DNA of 64,000 nucleotides from Octopus sinensis (lineage: Eukaryota). Each line of letters begins with the position of its first letter. Within the stretch, counting starts at the first letter, position 1. Position numbers and translations under genes: made by a program. The stretch covers positions 76,384,001-76,448,000 of the forward strand of contig NC_043001.1 of assembly GCF_006345805.1 (NCBI RefSeq). Reading direction: 5' to 3'. This document shows positions 40,190 to 51,109 of the stretch, piece by piece. The notes beneath the pieces are model-generated. The model was not told the origin of the DNA, did no database searches, and worked only from the letters and a program-made list of their open reading frames with translations.

Positions 40190-41160
40190 AAACGCTTTAC
40201 CAGGTCCAAGGGTATTGATGGAAGGTCAAGGCCAGGGACCTGTGGTTACAGTCATGGTAGGATTGTAGGTAAAATAGGATGTAGTTCCTTTCATGTGGAC
40301 AAGGATTAAACACTTCACTCCTGCTATTCAGGTAAATATTTGTGTGTTGGGTACCCTTTAAAATTGCTTTCTTCTCAGCCAGGCACAACCTGCACTTTCT
40401 GCTGCTATTGAAGTATGGTTTGCATTTCTCCAGGATCTCCCACTTTATGCCATGGTGCTTTCTTTCAAAGACCAAACGTGCTTTGGCTAGGGTTGTGGCA
40501 TTGCATCTCTCTGGGATTTTGATGAAGGACTTGTGGTTGTTAAAGCAGGTTCTGAAGGGGCTTTTCATTGTCCCCACATACATCCACATACTCAGTCACC
40601 CATTGGGTCCTATGTCTCTTACCTCTGCTTTGTATACAACTGTCTCCATGTTGCAGTGGCAGTTCAGCAGACAAGTTGAATTACCCCTGCATGAGCATCC
40701 TGCCTCTGCCTCAGGTATAGGCTTACCTACTAAAATCTTTTTTACAGTAGGTGCACAGTTAAAGGGTATGTCTATTAAATATTTTGTCAAATCTATTAGT
40801 ACAGGGAAAGTGTTTATCAACTAAACTAAGGAAATTCTTATGTACTCTGGTCAAAGCACTTAAAGAGAAGGGTGGCATAAACCACAACACTTTCCAGTGG
40901 TGCTAGGGTCTAGCATGTAACTAATACCATCCTTGAAACTGCTGGCAGCCAGAGCCTGGTTGTACTACGGGGTAGCAGCATCAAAGATCTCTTTGCTTGA
41001 AGATAAGCTGGAGATTCCCCTGCTGACACTCTTAAGCAGGTTCCTGAACACTATAGCTGGATGGCAGGAACCTGTGTTAATGTATGATAGCTTCTCATTT
41101 GGTTTTCTAAAGGGCCAATAGGCACGGTATTCCACTTTTTGTGAAAGCTACAAAATTATC
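40190..41160 (-). mobile_element. Penelope-like element remnant (RT C-terminal linker + GIY-YIG)
   Basis: WPFRKPNEKLSYINTGSCHP (41000-41140), GCSCRGNSTCLL..VYKAEV (40596-40820) and YVGT..F.NH..KCRLCLAEK..LNSRSE..C.H (40197-40589). Confidence 0.85.
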
Positions 41161-41499
41161 ACAGAACTGTTACTCAGTTGTCTGACAAACAGGAACTTGA
41201 AACTTATCACTTCTGTGATAGGTATACACTCTACCTTTGGTATTCGAGTACCTTTTTTTTTTACCCTTTTAAGGGCTTTAGAACCCTTTTTTTTTTCTTT
41301 AGAGTTAAAAATGCTGATTTTATAGTTTTAACTTCTAAAAGGCTGATTTCATAGTTTTGGCCCATTTTTAGGTTTTTTTAAAGACTTTTAGAGCCAGAAA
41401 AGGGTAAAAAAAAAAAACTCAAATGAAACACAATATTAGTATTAAACTAAAAAAGTTTATTGATAAAGTGGCTGTAAAAAAATAAAACACGATACATAC

Positions 41500-41790
41500 A
41501 TAATCTAATTTTTCCTCTTCTTTTCGTCCACTTTGTTCATGAGATGCATGTTACCCTTCATGAAAATTAGCATGTCATCTGCATCCTTGCTGGCCACTAG
41601 GTTGAAGGGAGACATACTCCAGCTCCCACTCGTCCACAGATCCCACCAACAGGGTAGCCTCAGCAGCAGCATCATGGTTGGTGTCCACATCCTGAGCCAC
41701 TGGCAGATCTGGCAGTGTCAGCCTCTGCCCCAAACTGGACAAAGGCCTTCACAAAGTTGCTACCATTGTAGTCCTAGAATAGAAAGACAA
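41500..41790 (-). mobile_element. Possible hAT transposase C-terminal remnant
   Basis: PDL.VAQ...AAAE and D.MLIFMKGN across frames resemble the hAT dimerisation region; weak. Confidence 0.3.
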
Positions 41791-43721
41791 TCTGAGTTTT
41801 TTTTATAAAATTACAATTATGAAATATTACAATTGATATGTGTGTGTAAGTGTAAAGATATGTTCTTTATCCAATGTATTTAATAATTGAATGCATTTAT
41901 GAACTGAAATTTGATTTTCAAAGTACTTTTTTTATAGCTTTTAAAAATATATAGACTGCTCTTTTTTTATACAGCTTTGGCTACTCTGAAAACCCGAAAC
42001 GAATAAGTAAATGCCTAATGACCTAAAAGCGAAAATCGCCAAAGAAATTATAATACAATGCAATTATTTTGACATATATCACTTTTTGTTTTCAGTAAAG
42101 AACGTCTTATTTTCAGCAATAATGGTACTGTAATAAAATAACTAGAAGGATAGTCGAGAAATCCAAACAGAAATTTATGGTATCTATAAATGATAGCCTA
42201 AACATTTACTTTTTCGTTTCGGTTACTCACAATAACCAATCATATTTTTATATTCAATAAATGTCATTGTTAAAGATTTCGTATAAGGAATGTTTCTTTT
42301 ACTATGGTGCTCTACAACGCCAGTACCACAGCAAAGGAAATATTCCTTATACGAAAAAGTATATATTTGAAAGTAATTACAAACTGAAAACTCATTTCGA
42401 AATGAAAGGAATGCCTTTCCAAAGAAATGTTCTTTTCAATTTGCAATTACTGGGGGACTAGTCGATTACATCGACCTCACTGTTTCACTGGTACGTAATT
42501 TATCGACCCCGAAAGGACGAAAGCAAAGTCGACCTCATGACATTTCATAAGTGATTTTTAAACTTTTACATATTCGTTTCGCTTACTCGGAATTCTCAAG
42601 TCTATTTTTGCACTTTCCTGGATCTATACGCTTTCATTACCAATCACACAGAAATATGTATCTAAAAACCAAAGATTTGCCTTTAACTCGGCTTAATAAT
42701 TGTAAAGTCCATGAACATGAAATTTAAATCAATCACACACATTTTACGATTACTCGTTGACTGAATCCGAAATGTGGCGATTAAAACTGAACGGTTTGTT
42801 TACCTATCAAATACAGCCGGTGTAACTTCCGTTCAATTTGTCACATTTTATTCAAAAGATTTCCATATAATTCCCTACAAAAAGACGGGATATGTATGAT
42901 TGGAGCGCCGTTCATAATAACTATGTTAGTTCGATAACAGCAACGATAAAACTTTACACAATGTTGCATTTCCTTTAGAATATCCTTCGTCTCAGAAGAT
43001 TTTTACATGACTTCTTCCTGAGAAAACTGCAACTAGTCTAGAGCTGTACCTCTATCAAACCATTCCTTTTCCACTCAACTTCAATCTTTTAAAGTTATTT
43101 TACTAGTTTATTTATTACCTTGTTAGAAATGGTTTAGATGGATTGTTTCGTTTTTTGCAAAACTACAAATTGACACATCGATTGAATTTTCTCATAAGTT
43201 TATGAAAACTGCACATTTTTTTTAAATGGCTTTTTCCGAGATATTCGACAGCGGAGATTAAGTAACCTTGTTAAAATTTAGAAGACAAAAATGTGTGGGA
43301 TAGTTTCGGATCGTTCTTCTCAATCCCGTCCCGATTTTTATTGCTACAAATTTCCGTAACTGTAATGTTTTTCGCCCCACTTTTTTTCTTCATGCAGTGG
43401 TTTAAATTATATTCTTTTTTAACAGTTCTCTTATATTAAGTAAATTGTGTAGGAAAACAGGAATGACCACAGTAATGTTTGAGTTTTCATATATTTTATT
43501 CACCCACATCGTGTACATATAATTGATTTAACAGACCAACGTTCATGGAACAGCAATCATAATACTATCTTCTGTAATTCAATATGCTATTTAAAACAGT
43601 ATAATAATTATTCGTAGTTATTGAAGACAAAATAAGTAGAAGTAATTAGTGCATGTAATCAATATGCGTGATTCGACATTACAATGTAAGGTCGGGCACC
43701 GTTCGTCGAATATAACATATA

Positions 43722-44989
43722 CGAAGGGGGTACCCAAAAGTAACCGGAAACGTTCTCTATGGGACAAACTAGTTGTAGTTCAGACTGCCGCTGCCAGAAG
43801 CCACTTGATGCGACCCTCAGGCCTCAGTTGATGTCGTCGTATGATGTCGTACTGTCACGTGGTGCATCATTGTTTTGCAGTGCTTCTCCCCTGTTCGACG
43901 ATTTTTACAATGGTCGAAACGAAAGAACAGCGTGCTTCTGTGACATTCTGTTTTCTACCGGGGAAAACAGTTGTCATGCTTCAATCAGCTTACAAAGACG
44001 TTACCATGAGCAAAACACAACTTTACGAGTAGTTTTCACGCTTTAGGAATAGTCACTTGTTAGTTGAAGATCAACCTTGTTCAAGGCGACCGTCGACCTC
44101 TCGAACGAATGAAAATTCATGAACTGATATTGGAGGACCGTCGCCGAACAATTGACGGACTTGTTGATATGAGTGATGTGTCCTGGAGCTCCTGCCAACG
44201 AATTTTGAGCGAGGAATCGCGAATGAAAACAGTGGCAACAAAATTTGTGCTTCGCTTGCTCACGGAAGATCAAAAGCAGTGACAATTGAATGCGTACCGT
44301 GAACTGAATGAACAGTTGGAAGTTGATCCTGACTTTTTCGAAGGTCATCACTGGTGATGAAAGCAGGTGCAACGGCTGTACCCGGAAACGAAGTAGCAAT
44401 CAAGTCAATGGAAGCATTCAATGTCACCAAGTCCCCAAAAAGTGCGTCATGTGAAGTCCAATGTCAAGACGATTCTGATTTGTTTCACCGAGACAAAAGG
44501 AATTGTCTACAAAGAATACGTTCCTCTTGGTCAAACTGTTAACCAGACATTTTACTTAAAGTTCCAAAGCGTTTGCGAGACGCGGTGAGATGAAAATTCC
44601 ACGACCTGTGTAAAAATGGCTTCATCATGACAATGCGCCTACGCACACCGTCTTGAGTGTGAGACAGTTTTTGACCAAAAATGGCATGATCCCGCTTACC
44701 CACCCTCCCTATTCACCCGATCTTGCTCCCTGTGACTATTTTGGTTCCCCCAAATGAAAAATGTTCTTAAAGGAATACGTTTTGTACATGTGGAAGAGGC
44801 GAAGAAAATAACTATGGAGGCGTTAAAAGGCACTTTGCAAGAGTTCCAGGACTTCTAATAGTAGAAAGTGCGTCTGGACTAATGCATTGTTTCAAATGGA
44901 GAATATTTTGAAGACAATAGTGTAAACATGTAAAAGTAAGTGAATAAAATGATATTGCAAAATTCCGGTTTCTTTCGGGCATCCCCTAG
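43722..44989 (+). mobile_element. Mariner transposon, full length but degraded
   Basis: Imperfect ~28-bp TIRs, TA at both ends (43720-43721, 44990-44991), motifs EQRA..FCF, TGDES, HHDNAP.H, YSPDLAPCDY with stops and frameshifts. Confidence 0.9.
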
Positions 44990-46034
44990 TACTTGTTAAG
45001 CAAGAAAATGTGAAAGAGGGCGTGAGACCAATTCACTGGGCAGAGGGATATAAATTTCATGTGGATTGCTGTGTGGATCGAATCTGAAATGGAATTCGTC
45101 ATCTTTTTATAACCGTAAGCTAAATTTTCAACAACCTTCAACCACACCGTCTTGAGTGTGAGACAGTTTTTGACCAAAAATGGCATGATCCCGCTTGATG
45201 AAGTTCGCTGCAGTGCTGATGGTCGAAACATATTCTTATAGGTGTTGATTCTTTTTATGGCATTTTTATGGCATTTTCTGTTTTAATTGTAGTTCGCGGT
45301 TCCGAACTGAAAAAAACTGAGAGTTATAGTTCAAAACCCAGCTGGAACCTCACTACAATATATTTACAACATCAATATTATATACTCTACAATCTCAAAA
45401 ACGTATTTTCGCTAATGTCATTTAAAAACATGCATTTTAAAGACTTATCAGGAAACAAAGTCAGTGTGTAAAATAGAATGATCCAAACTTCCTTCGTTAA
45501 AGTATCACAGCTAACAGTGTTTTTAACGAGACATAATTTCTAGGTGGCGCCAGGGAAGGCTAAAAGGCTTCTCCCTTTGTGCTAGAATTATCCTTATAAA
45601 GATGATCTCTGACGTTTCGCGGGATGTAGATTAAGTTATTTTGATAACATTTAGAAGACAAAAATTTGAAAAATAGTTTTGAATATTTCTTTCCCATTCT
45701 GTCTCGATTTTCTTGCCACCAACTTTAGTGTTTCCACTTTTTTTTTCTTTTTACAGATTATATTTAGTGTAATGGGTTATCGTTTATTCTTCTTTGGTGT
45801 ATCACAATACCAGGTGGACTGCATGGAAAGACAGGAATGACCACAACAATATTTAGTTGAGTTTTCGTATATTTTATTCACCCACATAATTTATATTTAT
45901 ATGTGTACATATAAATAAGTTTATGGGACCTATTCTATTCTTAATGGACACCCCTTAAGAATTTATTTTTGCTGTGCATTTAGAGTAAAGAAAATATTAT
46001 TAGGTAAGTCCATACATGACACAAAGGAAAGATG

Positions 46035-46442
46035 TGTAGTGATGCTACTGTGTAGGGTTCGGCGCGCATGCGCAGAATGGGACTACTTCCGGGTGGCCAC
46101 CGGAAGTCTTCCCCATGCGCATGTGCGAGAAAACATCTCTCGAGCCCGCGAACCTCAAATCGCTCTCTTCGGCTCAAGACAGCACTGCGATCGGTCACGG
46201 TTTTCCTGGCTCTGACAGCCACACACCTGCTTCAACCAACTTCAACGACCAACACCAGCGGTATCTCAGAGGCTGTCTATTCCCCCATCAGACAACGTAC
46301 AACCATGAATCAATAAACCAAGTTGTCTGTTCACCTTTAACCTGAGTTTCGTCTGTTTGTTTTCTACAAGAATTATTGTATGTGACTAGAAAGGATCTCG
46401 ACACCCTACCAGTGCTTCGAGGATAGATCCTTTCACGTTACA
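46035..46442 (+). repeat. 5' LTR (408 bp)
   Basis: TGTAGT...TTACA, AATAAA at 46312-46317. By eye identical to the 3' LTR except for a 10-bp tandem unit. Confidence 0.97.
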
Positions 46443-46444
46443 AT

Positions 46445-46462
46445 TGGTGACCCCGACGTGAT
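46445..46462 (+). other. Primer-binding site complementary to the tRNA-Trp 3' end
   Basis: TGGTGACCCCGACGTGAT, 2 nt after the 5' LTR; reverse complement of ...ATCACGTCGGGGTCACCA. Confidence 0.9.
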
Positions 46463-46825
46463 GAAAAAGAACAGGATAGAAGAAGACACAGCGAACAGGT
46501 TTTTGGGGCCGAAGAGCGCGGAAATTCACATTTATTTTCCTATTTTCTCCTTTTCAGCACGGCGAGGTGGGTCAAATAGCCTTATTCATCGCACACAGTA
46601 CAAAAAAAAAAAAAAACAAAGAAAAAAAGAAAACACACACACATTCATTTTTTTTTTCCTTTTCTGTATTTTGTTTTCCTTGTACACACCTATTCCTTTT
46701 TTTTGCTACCCACGAGGTGCACACACAAACACAATTTTGAATTGCCTTCTCGGTTCCACGTGTTCTCTCTCCACTTCTAGACCATACCTTCTGCCCCCTT
46801 CTCACAGATTCCTTCCGACAAAGGC

Positions 46826-47308
46826 ATGGCTTCAGGTTTGCCTTCATTTACGGGGGATATGGGCCTGTGGTTTGCCCAAGTGGAGTGGTATTTTGATGCA
46901 CATGCCATTTCTCCACAGCAGCAGTTGCACCTGCTATATTCCGGCTTACATCCCCGACTCGCCGCATCGATCAGGGATCTAATAATAAGTCCCCACCCGG
47001 ATGCCACATACGCGTCTGTGAAAGCAGAAATCCTCCGCCGCAACACACGTTCGGGGGAGAGCAATATTCAGATTGCCACGATGGCCGATGGAATACTGGA
47101 ATTTCCGAATCCATCTCCATCGCGAGGCCTCTGTGCATGTATAGGGGGCCCTGCGCAAATTTCACTAACCGAGCGGATTGATGCGCTCCTGCGGCGAATC
47201 GACGATCTATCCCGTGCGATCGAGCGCCGACAACGCAGTCGTAGTCGCTCTACCAAAAGGGCAGATCGGTGTACCCAGCCGTGCAATTTCAAGCCCTCGG
47301 AAAACTAA
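46826..47308 (+). CDS. gag: Gag-like protein (160 aa, apparently internally shortened)
   Basis: LPSF..D..LWFAQVE motif, RSRSRS basic patch, residual C..PC, ending SEN* at the slippery site. Confidence 0.85.
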   Translation: MASGLPSFTGDMGLWFAQVEWYFDAHAISPQQQLHLLYSGLHPRLAASIRDLIISPHPDATYASVKAEILRRNTRSGESNIQIATMADGILEFPNPSPSRGLCACIGGPAQISLTERIDALLRRIDDLSRAIERRQRSRSRSTKRADRCTQPCNFKPSEN

Positions 47309-47339
47309 GTCCGGAGGAGGTGAGCACGTCACCTTCTTC
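47299..47339 (+). promoter_or_regulatory. Putative -1 programmed ribosomal frameshift signal
   Basis: G_GAA_AAC at 47299-47305 in the gag frame, 7-nt spacer, then an 11-bp stem (47313-47323 / 47329-47339). Pol lies in the -1 frame. Confidence 0.75.
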
Positions 47340-50300
47340 CATCGCCATTCCCAAAAATCGTGCAGTTTTTGTAAAAGATCTGGTGTCGGAGAAATTCTTC
47401 ATGGTAGACACCGGCTCCTGTTGCAGCATCTGGCCCCTTCGTCTGGCTGCAGACAAGCCCAAGCGCTCTTCGATTGTCTTGCATGCTATTGACTCGTCTC
47501 CCATAACCACTTACGGTCAGATTTCGCTGCGCCTCAACCTCAACCTTCGTCGAGACTTTCGATGGGTTTTCGTCATCGCTGACATCCCGCATCCTATTCT
47601 CGGCGCTGATTTCCTGGATTGGTTTAACCTATTGGTGGATGTCAGGCGTCGGAGGCTTCTTGATAGCACGACGTCGCTCTCTACACCGACTGGGAGTTCC
47701 ACCACTGCGGTCCTTAGCCCGACATTCTTTGTTGCCACCTCTGGAGACCCTTTTCACTCTCTTTTGGTTTCATTTCCGGAGCTAGTGGACATTGCCTTTA
47801 AACCGGAAAATCCTACCCACTCGACCCTCCATTTCATCACCACCAATGGGCCACCTGTATTCTCACGCCCCCGGCGCCTAGCGCCAGACCGACTTAAAAC
47901 GGCCAGAGCCGAGTTTGAGCACATGCTTCAACTTGGCATTATACGCCCCTCCACCAGCCCATGGGCATCTCCCCTTCATTTGGCGCGAAAGGGCGAGTCT
48001 GATTTTCGCCCGGTTGGAGACTATCGACGCCTCAATGCCGTCACAATAGCCGATCGCTATCCGATTAGAAATCTCCGGGACTTTACAGCAAATCTCCATG
48101 GTTGTACCATTTTTTCGAAGGTCGATCTGATACGCGCTTACCACCAAATACCGGTCAACCCAGCCGACGTTCCAAAAACTGCAATCACTACCCCGTTTGG
48201 GTGTGTTTGAGTTTTTGTACATGAGTTTCGGTTTGCGGAATGCTACTAGCACCTTCCAGCGTTTCATTGATGAGGTTGTCCGCGGTCTTGATTTTGTGTT
48301 TGCCTATGTCGATGACATACTCATTGCGAGCGACACACGAGAAAATCATCTCCGGCACCTTTCTCAACTCTTCCAGCGTCTTCGCGCGTATAGCATACGC
48401 ATAAACCCCGACAAGTGTGTTTTCGGACGCTCTCCCTAGATTTTCTAGGGCATCATATTGATTCGACTGGAATCAGCCCCCTCTCGTCAAAAGTCGATGC
48501 CATTCAACGCATCGCACCCCCCACTTCCTTGCGCCAGCTCAGGCATTATCTAGGGATGGTCAATTTCTACCGACGCTTCATTCCCGGTTGTGCAGATAAG
48601 CTGCTACCTCTCACCAGGCTGTTAAAGGACTCTCCTAGAAAGGACAGTCAAGTCACCCTCTCTGTTGAGGCAGTGACAGCCTTTGAGTCCATTAAGAAGG
48701 AGCTGGCTTCTGTTTCTTTGCTTGCACATCCAGTTCCTGGTGCTTCTCTCTCTCTTGACTGTGGACGCATCGGACACTGCGATTGGCGCTGTGTTACAAC
48801 ACACAGTGGATGACCATGTTCGACCTCTAGCCTTCTTTTCCCGTCAACTGCAACCAGCTGAACGACGATACAGCACCTTTGATCGTGAGCTCCTAGCGAT
48901 CTATCTATCGGTTCGTCATTTCCAGCATCAACTTGAAGGGCGAGATTTTGTGATCTATACGGATCACAAGCCCCTTACGTTTGCCCTGTTTTCAAAAACG
49001 GACAAACTCTCACCCCGTGCTTTTCGGCACCTGGATTTTATCTCTCAATTTACTAGCAACATTCGACACATACCTGGAAAAGAGAACGTTCCTGCTGACG
49101 CTCTCTCTCGCCTTCCAGTTTGCGCCCTTTCGTCTCCTGCTGCTATCGACTTAGCTGCCATATCGCAGGAGCAGCCACCTTTGGCGTCGTTAGATTTAAC
49201 TTCTCCCAAGTTCTCCTGTTGCCAGTTTTCCTACCTTCCGCTTCCGTCAGCCGAAGGCACCATTCTTTGTGACACTTCAACTGGATCTCCCAGGCCACTG
49301 GTGCCTGAGACCATCAACGCTCAGTGTTTGAAGCACTGCACTCCTTATCACATCCTGGCATCGCTGCCACCCTCAAACTAATCACTGCTCGGTTTTTCTG
49401 GCCGAATATGCGTCGCACAATTACTTGTTGGACACGCACCTGCTCCAAGTGTCAACGATCCAAGATTCAACGGCACGTTCGTGCCCCGCTTGGACAATTT
49501 CCCCCACGGAGGCCCGTTTTCGCCATGTCCACATCGATCTGGTTGGACCATGGCCTGTGAGTCGCGGGTTCTCTTATCTATTAACTTGTGTCGATCGTTT
49601 CTCCCGCTGCCAGAAGCCATTCCGATAGCAGACATTTCTGCTGAGACTGTTGCGCGAGCTTTCGTTTCAAACTGAATTTCTCGCTTCGGAGTCCCGTCCC
49701 GATTGACAACTGATCGTGGACGACAGTTTGAGGCCTCGCTATTTCGCGAATTGTCGCGAATTTTGGGTATGCACCATATCCACACCACAAGCTACCATCC
49801 AGCGTCTAATGGATTGGTTGAGCGGTTCCATAGACAGCTCAAGGCCGCTCTTCGTGCCTCTTCGGGCCCACAGTCCTGGATCGAATTTCTGCCCATTGTG
49901 CTTCTCGGCTGTCGGACTGCTGTCAAGGCAGACCTGGGGTTTTCTGCTGCAGAGCTGCTGTATGGTACCACACTGGCATTGCCCGGTACGATGTTGGTGC
50001 CAGACACTTCCCCGCCCCATGATCCGGCGACATATGTCACCAGACTGCGGGAATATTTTTCAAACCTTCCGCCCATGCTTCCCAGAAAGCAATCTCCACC
50101 GTCCCATCTTCCACCGGATATGAACACCTGGTCGCATGTTTTTGTTCGGGACGATTCTGTGAAGGGCCCACTTGTTTTTCTCCTATAAAGGACCTTTTCG
50201 TGTGCTTTCTCGCACACCAAAGGTTTTCACGATTGAGATAAATGGTCGTTCGGAGACCGTTTCCGTGGACCGTTTAAAAAAGGCACATTTTGAGACGTCT

Positions 50301-50562
50301 TCATCTTTTGATGACAACCTTGACACACCCACCTATGCACCTTTAACAACACTTCACCTGCACAAAACGCTTCACCTGCACAAACGCCTTCACCTGCACA
50401 ACGCCTTCACCTGCACAAACGCCTTCACCTGCACAATCACCTTCACCGGCTCCTACAACACCACCCTCGCCGTCAACGGGTGCCCCGAGCACACCGTATG
50501 TTACAAAATCGGGCAGAACAGTGCATTGGCCCAAGAAACTTTCAAAAACAATTTACATTTAA
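47306..50562 (+). pseudogene. pol: Pol polyprotein (protease, RT, RNase H, integrase), interrupted in this sequence by about 8 frameshifts and one TGA
   Basis: FMVDTGS (protease); WASPLH, GDYRRLN, YVDDILIA (RT); TVDAS, YSTFDRELLA, YTDHKPL (RNase H); [36 protein letters not shown] (integrase); terminal TKSGRTVHWPKKL...YI*. Confidence 0.92.
50352..50447 (+). repeat. About 5 copies of a 17-18 bp unit CTTCACCTGCACAAACGC in the pol C-terminal tail
   Basis: Read directly from the sequence; encodes PSPAQT repeats in the frame that leads to the terminal motif. Confidence 0.9.
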
Positions 50563-50679
50563 CTTTCTTTAAAATGTTTCTTATTGTATAATAGTATGTA
50601 CCAAGTCTTCTGGGGGATCGGCAAGCCTTCTGTTTTCTGCAGCACCACCACAATATTCTGGTTGCCGTACTTCGCACTC

Positions 50680-50688
50680 GGAGGGGAG
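50680..50688 (+). other. Polypurine tract
   Basis: GGAGGGGAG followed by CCC, then the 3' LTR. Confidence 0.85.
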
Positions 50689-50691
50689 CCC

Positions 50692-51109
50692 TGTAGTGAT
50701 GCTACTGTGTAGGGTTCGGCGCGCATGCGCAGAATGGGACTACTTCCGGGTGGCCACCGGAAGTCTTCCCCATGCGCATGTGCGAGAAAACATCTCTCGA
50801 GCCCGCGAACCTCAAATCGCTCTCTTCGGCTCAAGACAGCACTGCGATCGGTCACGGTTTTCCTGGCTCTGACAGCCACACACCTGCTTCAACCAACTTC
50901 AACCAACCTCAACGACCAACACCAGCGGTATCTCAGAGGCTGTCTATTCCCCCATCAGACAACGTACAACCATGAATCAATAAACCAAGTTGTCTGTTCA
51001 CCTTTAACCTGAGTTTCGTCTGTTTGTTTTCTACAAGAATTATTGTATGTGACTAGAAAGGATCTCGACACCCTACCAGTGCTTCGAGGATAGATCCTTT
51101 CACGTTACA
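50692..51109 (+). repeat. 3' LTR (418 bp)
   Basis: Same sequence as the 5' LTR plus an extra AACCAACCTC unit; AATAAA at 50979-50984. Confidence 0.97.

Larger units (their letters stand above)
46035..51109 (+). mobile_element. Full-length Ty3/Gypsy LTR retrotransposon, recent insertion
   Basis: TG...CA LTRs at 46035-46442 and 50692-51109, 4-bp TSD GATG (46031-46034 / 51110-51113), PBS, PPT, and gag followed by PR-RT-RNaseH-IN. Confidence 0.97.

Noticed and set aside
41430-41790. Apparent minus-strand terminal exon (acceptor plus AATAAA)
   Set aside because: The open frame from the acceptor gives an unrecognisable 33-aa peptide; motifs spread across frames fit a decayed transposase better.
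45193-45232. TGATGAAG...CTGATGGTCGAAAC, hammerhead-like words
   Set aside because: No stem II or stem I pairing could be built around the core.
50352-50447. CRISPR-like direct repeats
   Set aside because: No unique spacers, the unit is a coding tandem repeat, and the context is eukaryotic.
46458-50879. Antisense and alternative-frame ORFs inside the Gypsy element
   Set aside because: Shadows of GC-rich gag/pol or LTR sequence; no env-like or other domain recognised.
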